From assembly GCF_016127575.1 (NCBI RefSeq), contig NZ_CP066019.1:840001-872000 (forward strand): a stretch of 32,000 nucleotides of DNA, read 5' to 3'. Below the pieces are notes generated by a model, which searched no databases, was not told the origin of the DNA, and worked only from the letters and a program-made list of their open reading frames with translations. This document shows, in pieces, positions 1 through 6,524 of this stretch (the first letter of the stretch is position 1; each line of letters begins with the position of its first letter). Source of the DNA: Cupriavidus necator. GTDB lineage: Bacteria > Pseudomonadota > Gammaproteobacteria > Burkholderiales > Burkholderiaceae. A program made the position numbers and the translations under genes.

Positions 1-101
1 TGGACATCAGGGGCTCCAGGTTGTCTACGCGAAAGATTGGAATGGTTGCTGCGTCGGCAGACCGCGGCGCCATCGCTGCGCCGCGGGTAGCGCGGATAAA
101 C

Positions 102-113
102 TCAGTATACTGA
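102..113. promoter_or_regulatory. Perfect 12-bp palindrome TCAGTATACTGA; sixth copy of the operator-like motif found in the 1778-2216 intergenic region
   Basis: Read directly from the sequence. It lies about 95 nt upstream of a possible minus-strand ATG at position 7 that runs off the left edge, and downstream of the MFS gene terminator. Confidence 0.5.
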
Positions 114-129
114 ATAGTTTGCCGGAAGA

Positions 130-151
130 AAGGGCGGAGAGATCCGCCCTT
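130..151 (-). terminator. Stem-loop downstream of the MFS transporter gene (AAGGGCGGA-GAGA-TCCGCCCTT)
   Basis: 9-bp perfect stem with a 4-nt loop, 22 nt after the stop at 173. On the minus strand it is followed by TCTTCC, a weak pyrimidine tract. Confidence 0.4.
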
Positions 152-172
152 CAGCTTCACCCGTAGTGCCGC

Positions 173-1777
173 TCAGGTGGCCAGATCGCGGCCGCGCGTC
201 TCCGGCACGAACAGCATGCCGATGACAAAGGCCAGACCGGCGATGATCACCGGGTACCACAGGCCGAAGTAGACGTCGCCGCTGGCCACGTTCATGGCCG
301 TGACCACGAAGGACAGCATGCCGCCGACCCAGCCCGCGCCGAGGTGGAAGGGCAGCGACAGCGAGGTGTAGCGCACCCGGGCCGGGAACAGCTCCACCAT
401 GAAGGCCGCCATCGGCCCGTACACCATGGCCAGGAACAGGATCGGGACCAGCAGCAGCACGAATACCATCGGCGTGTTGATCTTGGCGGGGTCCGCGCGC
501 TCGGGCCAGCCGGCCGCCACCAGCGCGCTCTTGATGGCGTCGCGGTCAAAGCCCTGCAGCGTGCGATCCGCGATGCGTACTTCAGCCTGCGCCGGATTGC
601 TGGCCGGCACGAAGGTGTAGCCCACGCCCAGGTCGGTCAGGTAGCCGCGGATCTTGTCGCAGGCGGACACCGGCTCGCCGAACAGGCGCGCCTTGCAGTC
701 GCCGGCCGTCACCTGCACGGCGCCCTGCTGCTGGAACTGTTCCAGCGCCGGATTGGCATAGTGCGTCAGGCCCTTGAACACCGGCTGGATGCACACCGCC
801 GCCAGCAGGCAGGCGGCCATCATGATGTACTTGCGGCCGATGCGGTCGGACAGCCAGCCGAACAGCAGGTAGCAGGGGGTGGCCACCACCAGCGCGATCC
901 CGATCAGCATGTGGACCGTTTCGAGCGGCACGTGCAGCGTCTTGTTGAGGAAGAACATCGAATAGAAGTGGCCGGTGCCGAAGATGGCGCCCAGGCCCGC
1001 CGCCACCACGAACAGCAGCAGCACCGACCTGAGGTTCTTCCAGTTGGTGAAACTCTCGCGGATCGGCGCCCTCGAGGTGGTGTTGGCAGCCTTCATCCGG
1101 GCAAAGACCGGCGATTCATGCAGCTTGCCGCGGATGTAGACCGAGATCACCAGCATCACAAGCGACACGATGAAGGGAATGCGCCAGCCCCAGTCACGGA
1201 ACTCGGCCTCGGTCAGGAAGGTCTTGAGCAGGTAGACGACCAGCAACGAGGACAGCAGGCCCAGCGTTGCCGTGGTCTGCAGCGAACTGGTGTACAGCCC
1301 GCGCTTGTGCACGGGGGAGTGCTCGGCCACGTAGGTGACCGCGCCGCCGACCTCGCCGCCCAGCGCCAGGCCTTGCAGCAGCCGCAGCAACACCAGCAGC
1401 ACGGTGGCGGTGATGCCGATCTGCTCATACGTGGGCAGCACGCCGACGCCGACGGTGGCAACACCCATCAGCAGGATGGTGACCAGGAAGGTGTACTTGC
1501 GCCCGATCAGGTCGCCCAGGCGGCCGAACAGCAGCGCGCCCACCGGCCGTATCAGGAAGCCTGCGCCGAAGGTGGCCAGGCTGGCCAGGAAGGCGGCAGT
1601 CTCATTGCCCTTGGGGAAGAACAGTGCGCCGAAATACACCGCCAGTGCGGCGTAGATGTAAAAGTCGTACCACTCCATCAGGGCGCCGAAGGAAGAGGCA
1701 AGGATGACCTTGCGCTCCTCGGCTGTCATGCCGGATGCGGGGGCGCGTGTCTCGCTGCGAGTCAGGCTGATCGTCAT
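173..1777 (-). CDS. MFS transporter, metabolite:H+ symporter (MHS; ProP/KgtP-like) family, with a ~100-aa insertion in the TM9-TM10 loop
   Basis: 534-aa ORF with 12 predicted hydrophobic segments. MHS-type motifs are GRLGDLIGRK (loop 2-3), SDRIGRK (loop 8-9) and ELFPARVRY after TM10. AAGGA lies upstream of the ATG. The gene is divergent from the catabolic operon. Confidence 0.85.
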   Translation of the reverse strand: MTISLTRSETRAPASGMTAEERKVILASSFGALMEWYDFYIYAALAVYFGALFFPKGNETAAFLASLATFGAGFLIRPVGALLFGRLGDLIGRKYTFLVTILLMGVATVGVGVLPTYEQIGITATVLLVLLRLLQGLALGGEVGGAVTYVAEHSPVHKRGLYTSSLQTTATLGLLSSLLVVYLLKTFLTEAEFRDWGWRIPFIVSLVMLVISVYIRGKLHESPVFARMKAANTTSRAPIRESFTNWKNLRSVLLLFVVAAGLGAIFGTGHFYSMFFLNKTLHVPLETVHMLIGIALVVATPCYLLFGWLSDRIGRKYIMMAACLLAAVCIQPVFKGLTHYANPALEQFQQQGAVQVTAGDCKARLFGEPVSACDKIRGYLTDLGVGYTFVPASNPAQAEVRIADRTLQGFDRDAIKSALVAAGWPERADPAKINTPMVFVLLLVPILFLAMVYGPMAAFMVELFPARVRYTSLSLPFHLGAGWVGGMLSFVVTAMNVASGDVYFGLWYPVIIAGLAFVIGMLFVPETRGRDLAT

Positions 1778-1901
1778 GGCGGGGGTCCTTTGGTCTAGCT
1801 ATTGTCTCTATATGTCTGCTCGTCCCGGCGGTGCCGGCGCCGCTGGCCAGGGCCTGTCGGTCCCTCGCGCAGTGCAGCGCCGCATCCTTCCGGTGCATCA
1901 G

Positions 1902-1933
1902 TCAGTATGCTGATGAGAAACGCAGTATGCTGA
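1902..1933. promoter_or_regulatory. Pair of operator-like palindromes: TCAGTATGCTGA (1902-1913) and GCAGTATGCTGA (1922-1933), 20 bp centre to centre
   Basis: Read directly; lies in the MFS/decarboxylase divergent intergenic region. Confidence 0.55.
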
Positions 1934-2004
1934 GCAAAATGCGGGCCAGTCCACAATGTGCCGGAATGCCCGAAATCGCCTATTTAAATGGCCTTTTAAT
2001 ATCG

Positions 2005-2038
2005 TCAGCATACTGAGCATCTGGGCTCAGTGTACTGA
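2005..2038. promoter_or_regulatory. Pair of operator-like palindromes: TCAGCATACTGA (2005-2016) and TCAGTGTACTGA (2027-2038), 22 bp centre to centre
   Basis: Read directly. 2005-2016 is the exact reverse complement of 1902-1913. An AT-rich stretch (TATTTAAATGGCCTTTTAATAT) sits immediately upstream. Confidence 0.55.
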
Positions 2039-2083
2039 GCACCTATGGTCATCGTTATAGGTGTTAACCCTCCGCGCCGTTTC

Positions 2084-2112
2084 TAGACTTTTGGAAATTC
2101 GCTGACTAGAAT
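2084..2112 (+). promoter_or_regulatory. Candidate sigma70-type promoter of the catabolic operon (TAGACT-17 nt-TAGAAT)
   Basis: Hexamers were read by eye with a 17-nt spacer. The predicted start near 2119 would put the 2123-2134 palindrome at about +4 to +15. No experimental support. Confidence 0.3.
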
Positions 2113-2122
2113 CCGAAACTAA

Positions 2123-2134
2123 TCAGTGTACTGA
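2123..2134. promoter_or_regulatory. Operator-like palindrome TCAGTGTACTGA (extended form ATCAGTGTACTGAT), 83 nt upstream of the decarboxylase ATG
   Basis: Read directly; identical to the 2027-2038 copy. Confidence 0.55.
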
Positions 2135-2216
2135 TCAATTGCATCGGTGCACGCCGCATGCCATGCAGCACACGCCCGCAGCGAAGCGATTTCACCAATC
2201 AGGAGCCCCCACCAGC

Positions 2217-3179
2217 ATGACCAAAGTGAAGAAGATCGCCCTCGAAGAGCATTTCATGACGCCGGGATTTCAGGCCTATTCCAAGGCGTTCACGCAGCAT
2301 ATTGATCCGGCGGTGTTTGCCGAGCTGGGCCGCCGCCTCGCCGATTTCGACGAGGACCGCCTTGCCGAGATGGACCGCGCCGGCATCGACATCACGGTGC
2401 TGTCGCAGACGGGTCCGGGCGTGCAGGGCGAGCGCGATGCCGGCCTCGCCGTGGCGCGGGCGCGCGAGAGCAATGACTTCCTGGCCGCGCAGATCGCGCG
2501 CCACCCCACGCGCTTTGCCGGCTTTGCCGCGCTGCCCATGCACGACCCGGAACAGGCCGCGCGCGAGCTGGAACGCGCCGTGCGCGAGCTTGGCTTCAAG
2601 GGCTCGCTGGTGAACGGCCATACCCACGGGCGCTACTACGACGACCCGGCATACGATGCTTTCTGGGAGCGCATGCAGGCGCTGGACGTGCCCATGTACC
2701 TGCACCCGACCGACGCGCTGGTTCAGCCGCAGGTCCTGGCGGGCCACCCCGAGCTGACCGGCGCGGCGTGGGGCTGGGGCGTCGAGACCGCATCGCATGC
2801 GCTGCGGCTGCTGTTCGGCGGCGTGTTCGACCGCTTCCCGCGCCTGAAGCTCATCCTCGGCCATATGGGCGAGGGCCTGCCGTACCAGCGCTGGCGCTTC
2901 GACAGCCGCTTTGCGGTCTATTCGCACGGCGTCCGGCTGGAGCGCTCACCTTCGGAATACATCGGCACCAATATCGTCATCACCACTTCGGGGGTGTGTT
3001 CGCACGGTGCGCTGGCCGGTGCCATTGCCGAGCTCGGCGCTGAGGCCGTGATGTTCTCGGTCGACTATCCCTACGAATCCACCGAAGTCGCGGCGAAGTT
3101 CATCGAGGACGCGCCGCTCGACGACACCATGCGCGCGCTGGTCTGCCACGGCAACGCGCAACGCCTGCTCAAGCTGTAA
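2217..3179 (+). CDS. Amidohydrolase-2 (ACMSD superfamily) non-oxidative decarboxylase, gamma-resorcylate/2,3-dihydroxybenzoate decarboxylase-like; candidate 3,6-dihydroxypicolinate decarboxylase (PicC-like)
   Basis: The start was moved from 2139 to the ATG at 2217 (MTKVKKIALEEHF), which is preceded by AGGAG at 2201-2205. Motifs IALEEHF, FAALP, LHP and ILGHMGEGLPY match the ortho-hydroxybenzoate decarboxylase group as I recall it. It is the first gene of the 2,5-dihydroxypyridine operon. Confidence 0.8.
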   Translation: MTKVKKIALEEHFMTPGFQAYSKAFTQHIDPAVFAELGRRLADFDEDRLAEMDRAGIDITVLSQTGPGVQGERDAGLAVARARESNDFLAAQIARHPTRFAGFAALPMHDPEQAARELERAVRELGFKGSLVNGHTHGRYYDDPAYDAFWERMQALDVPMYLHPTDALVQPQVLAGHPELTGAAWGWGVETASHALRLLFGGVFDRFPRLKLILGHMGEGLPYQRWRFDSRFAVYSHGVRLERSPSEYIGTNIVITTSGVCSHGALAGAIAELGAEAVMFSVDYPYESTEVAAKFIEDAPLDDTMRALVCHGNAQRLLKL

Positions 3180-3200
3180 CCGTACAACCCGAGGACCCTC

Positions 3201-3953
3201 ATGCAAAAAGTCTTTCGCATCGGCCAGATCGTTCCCAGCTCGAACACGACCATGGAAACCGAGATTCCCGCGATGCTGCTGGCGCGCCAGCAGATCCGTC
3301 CGGAGCGCTTCACCTTCCACTCCAGCCGCATGCGCATGAAGAAGGTGGTCAAGGAAGAGCTGGCCGCCATGGATGCCGAATCCGACCGCTGCGCGGTGGA
3401 ACTTAGCGACGCCCGCGTCGACGTGCTCGGCTACGCCTGCCTGGTCGCCATCATGGCCATGGGCCACGGCTATCACCGCAAGTCGGAGCAGCGCCTGAAG
3501 GTCCACACCATCGAGAATGGCGGCGACGCGCCGGTGATCACCAGCGCCGGTGCGCTGGTGGATGCGCTGCGCGTGATCGGCGCGCGCCGCATCGCCGTGG
3601 TCGCGCCATACTTGAAGCCGTTGACCGAGCTTGTGGTGGATTACATCCGCAACGAAGGCTATGAGGTGGTGGACTACCGTGCGCTGGAGATTCCGGACAA
3701 CCTTGAGGTCGGCCGCCACGATCCGGCGCGGCTGCCGGGCATCGTGTCGCAGATGAACCTGGCGGATGTCGATGCCATCGTGCTGTCGGCCTGCGTGCAG
3801 ATGCCGTCGCTGCCGGCAGTGGCAAAGGTAGAGGCGATGACGGGTAAGCCGGTCATCACCGCGGCCATTGCCACGACCTACGCCATGCTCAAGGCGCTGG
3901 ACCTGGAGCCGGTCGTGCCGGGCGCCGGCGCGCTGCTGTCGGGCGCCTACTGA
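3201..3953 (+). CDS. maiA: Maleate cis-trans isomerase (Asp/Glu racemase superfamily; NicE/PicG/MaiA)
   Basis: 250 aa. N-terminus is RIGQIVPSSNTTMETE. The two catalytic-type Cys contexts are GYACLVAIM and VLSACVQMPS. Sits 21 nt after the upstream gene. Confidence 0.85.
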   Translation: MQKVFRIGQIVPSSNTTMETEIPAMLLARQQIRPERFTFHSSRMRMKKVVKEELAAMDAESDRCAVELSDARVDVLGYACLVAIMAMGHGYHRKSEQRLKVHTIENGGDAPVITSAGALVDALRVIGARRIAVVAPYLKPLTELVVDYIRNEGYEVVDYRALEIPDNLEVGRHDPARLPGIVSQMNLADVDAIVLSACVQMPSLPAVAKVEAMTGKPVITAAIATTYAMLKALDLEPVVPGAGALLSGAY

Positions 3954-3962
3954 GGGCTTGCC

Positions 3963-4790
3963 ATGACCACCTTCCTTTATGGCGGGCATGTCCATGCCAA
4001 CGGCATTCGCCAGCACTTCCTGCGCTATGGTGGAAACGACGGTGAACGCGCCGCGCGCGATCCCGTGATCATCGTGCCGGGCATCACCAGCCCGGCAATC
4101 ACCTGGGGCTTCGTCGGCGAGCGCTTTGGCGCCAGCTTCGATACCTATGTGCTGGATGTGCGCGGGCGTGGCCTGTCGTCGGCCGAGGCCGGGATGGACT
4201 ACAGCCTCGACGCCCAGGCCCGCGACGTGGTGGCCTTTGCCGAGGCACTTGGCCTGCGCCGCCACAGCGTGGTTGGCCATTCGATGGGCGCGCGCATCGG
4301 CGTGCGCGCCGCGGCGGGCCGGCCTGGCGGCCTGGCCAGACTGGTGCTGGTCGACCCGCCGGTGTCGGGGCCCGGGCGCCGCGCGTATCCTGCGCAACTG
4401 CCGTGGTATGTGGATTCCATCCGCCTGTCGCGCCAGGGCACCGACGTGGAAGGCATGCGCCGCTTCTGCCCGACCTGGACCGACGAGCAGCTGCGCCTGC
4501 GCGCCGAATGGCTGCATACCTGCAACGAAGACGCCGTGGTGCGCAGCTTTGAGGATTTCCATCGCGACGACATCCATGCGGATCTGCCCCGGGTCAAGGT
4601 GCCGACGCTGCTGATGACCGCCGGGCGTGGCGACGTGGTGCGCGCTGAAGACGTGGCGGAGATCCGCACGCTGCTGCCGGGGGTGCTGGTCAGCCACGTT
4701 GCCGGGGCCGGCCACATGATCCCGTGGGATGACGAAGCGGGCTTTTACGCGGCGTTTGGGGATTTCCTCGGCGCGCCGCTGACGCAATGA
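3963..4790 (+). CDS. nicD: Alpha/beta-hydrolase, N-formylmaleamate deformylase-like (NicD/PicE)
   Basis: 275 aa with nucleophile elbow GHSMGA and a GAGHMIP histidine region. The function is assigned mainly from its position between the maleate isomerase and the 2,5-DHP dioxygenase. Confidence 0.7.
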   Translation: MTTFLYGGHVHANGIRQHFLRYGGNDGERAARDPVIIVPGITSPAITWGFVGERFGASFDTYVLDVRGRGLSSAEAGMDYSLDAQARDVVAFAEALGLRRHSVVGHSMGARIGVRAAAGRPGGLARLVLVDPPVSGPGRRAYPAQLPWYVDSIRLSRQGTDVEGMRRFCPTWTDEQLRLRAEWLHTCNEDAVVRSFEDFHRDDIHADLPRVKVPTLLMTAGRGDVVRAEDVAEIRTLLPGVLVSHVAGAGHMIPWDDEAGFYAAFGDFLGAPLTQ

Positions 4791-4806
4791 CAAGCAAGGA
4801 GGCGAC

Positions 4807-5862
4807 ATGCCGGTAAGTGACCACCAGATGATCGAGGCCTGGCGCAAGGTGCTGAAGCTGTCGCGGCTGGAGCCGGGGCAGACCGTCACCATCCTGACCA
4901 GCGCCGCGACCCACCCGCAGACGCTCTCCACCGCGCTGATCGCCACGCAGGCGATGGGTGCCATCGTCAACCGGCTCGACCTGCCGCCCGTCAACGGCGA
5001 AAAGGCGCTGAGCCGCGACGCGCTGGCCTACCTGGGCACGACCCCGCTCACGGGCAACCGGGCCGCGATTGCCGCGCTCAGGGAAAGCGACCTGGTGCTG
5101 GACCTGATGACGCTGCTGTTCTCCCCCGAACAGCACGACATCCTGAAGGGCGGCACCAAAATCCTGCTGGCCGCCGAGCCGCCCGAGGTGCTGACGCGCC
5201 TGGTGCCTTGCGAGGCCGACCGCGAGCGCGTCAAGGCCGCCTCCGAGCGGCTGGCCCGCGCCAAGGAGATGCATGTGGTGTCGCCGGCCGGCACCGACCT
5301 GCGCTGCCCGCTGGGCGAGTTCCCGGCCATCAGCGAGTATGGCTTTGTCGACGAGCCCGGGCGCTGGGACCACTGGCCCAGCGGCTTCGCGCTGACCTGG
5401 CCCAACGAGGGCGCTGCCAATGGCACCATCGTGCTGGAGCGCGGCGACATCCTGCTGCCGCAGAAGACCTACGTCACCGAGCCGGTCATGCTGACGGTGG
5501 AGGGCGGCTTTGCCACGCGCATCGAAGGCGGCCTGCACGCCGAACTGCTGAGCGAGTACATGGCCTCCTTCAACGACCCGCAGGCCTATGCCATCTCGCA
5601 TATCGGCTGGGGGCTGCAGCCGCGCGCGCACTGGTCCACGCTGGGGCTGTACGATCGCGAGGCCACCATCGGCATGGACGCGCGCGCGTTCGAGGGCAAC
5701 TTCCTGTTCTCGCTCGGCCCCAATAACGAAGCCGGCGGCAGCCGCACCACGGCCTGCCATATCGATATTCCCGTGCGCAACTGCACCGTGCGCCTGGACG
5801 GCGTGGATGTGGTGAGCCGCGGCAAGGTCATGGACGGGTTCCGCTACCCGGAGGAGAAGTAG
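4807..5862 (+). CDS. nicX: 2,5-dihydroxypyridine 5,6-dioxygenase (NicX/PicD)
   Basis: 351 aa. Long collinear resemblance to P. putida NicX as I remember it: VLKLSRL, LLAAEPPEVL, DEPGRWDHWPSGF, ISHIGWGLQPRA, ARAFEGNFLFS and CHIDIP (metal ligands). Confidence 0.9.
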   Translation: MPVSDHQMIEAWRKVLKLSRLEPGQTVTILTSAATHPQTLSTALIATQAMGAIVNRLDLPPVNGEKALSRDALAYLGTTPLTGNRAAIAALRESDLVLDLMTLLFSPEQHDILKGGTKILLAAEPPEVLTRLVPCEADRERVKAASERLARAKEMHVVSPAGTDLRCPLGEFPAISEYGFVDEPGRWDHWPSGFALTWPNEGAANGTIVLERGDILLPQKTYVTEPVMLTVEGGFATRIEGGLHAELLSEYMASFNDPQAYAISHIGWGLQPRAHWSTLGLYDREATIGMDARAFEGNFLFSLGPNNEAGGSRTTACHIDIPVRNCTVRLDGVDVVSRGKVMDGFRYPEEK

Positions 5863-5864
5863 CC

Positions 5865-6491
5865 ATGCACAAGGAGATCGGCGCGTACCAGCGCCAGGGC
5901 TTCGGCAACGACCTGGAACTGGCGGGCCCGTTCGGGCTGCTGCTGGTCGATTTCGTCAACGGCTTTGCCGACCCGGAGGTGTTCGGCGGCGGCAATATCC
6001 GCGAGGCCATCGCCAACACCGTGCCGCTGCTGGCCGTGGCACGGCGCGAAGGCTGGGCGATTGCGCACAGCCGCATCGTCTTTGCGGACGATGGTTCGGA
6101 CCACAACATCTTTTCCATGAAGGTGCCGAACATGCTGTCGCTGAAGGAGCGCGAACGCAACAGCGCCATCGTCGAAGAACTGGCGCCGCGGGTGGGCGAG
6201 CTGGTGGTGCGCAAGACCGTGCCGTCGGCGTTCTTCGGTACGTCGCTGGCCGCCTGGCTGACGCAGCGCGGCGTGCGCACGCTGGTGGTGGCCGGCGCGG
6301 TGACCAGCGGCTGCGTGCGCGCCAGCGTGGTGGACGCCATGCAGTACGGCTTGCGGCCGCTGGTGCTGTCGGATTGCGTCGGCGACCGCGCGCTTGGACC
6401 GCACCAGGCCAACCTGTTCGACATGGAGCAGAAATATGCGACGGTCACCACGCGCGCGGAAGGGCTGGCGGCCATCGGGGTGCGCGAATGA
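5865..6491 (+). CDS. nicF: Maleamate amidohydrolase (isochorismatase family; NicF/PicF)
   Basis: 208 aa. Isochorismatase D-K-C triad contexts are LLLVDFVNGF, VVRKTVPSAFFGT and VAGAVTSGCVRAS. Starts 2 nt after the nicX stop. Confidence 0.8.
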   Translation: MHKEIGAYQRQGFGNDLELAGPFGLLLVDFVNGFADPEVFGGGNIREAIANTVPLLAVARREGWAIAHSRIVFADDGSDHNIFSMKVPNMLSLKERERNSAIVEELAPRVGELVVRKTVPSAFFGTSLAAWLTQRGVRTLVVAGAVTSGCVRASVVDAMQYGLRPLVLSDCVGDRALGPHQANLFDMEQKYATVTTRAEGLAAIGVRE

Positions 6492-6524
6492 GCGCTTGCA
6501 TGAATCATCGGGACGGATAAAACA

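Noticed and set aside
1831-2016. 61-aa plus-strand ORF inside the divergent promoter region
   Set aside because: It has no SD, it overlaps three operator palindromes and an AT-rich promoter-like stretch, and it has no recognisable features.
2139-2216. N-terminal extensions in the ORF track. The pairs (track start / trimmed start) are 2139/2217, 11455/11668, 16569/16902, 19757/19712, 20425/20356, 22700/22808, 25654/25468 and 26752/26884.
   Set aside because: The extensions lack family similarity and are Arg/Pro/Ala-rich. In five of the eight cases (2217, 11668, 16902, 20356, 22808), plus 26884, the internal ATG has a good SD at 5-9 nt and matches the usual N-terminus of the family. The serA (19712) and LysR (25468) starts were trimmed on family N-terminus alone; neither has a clear SD.
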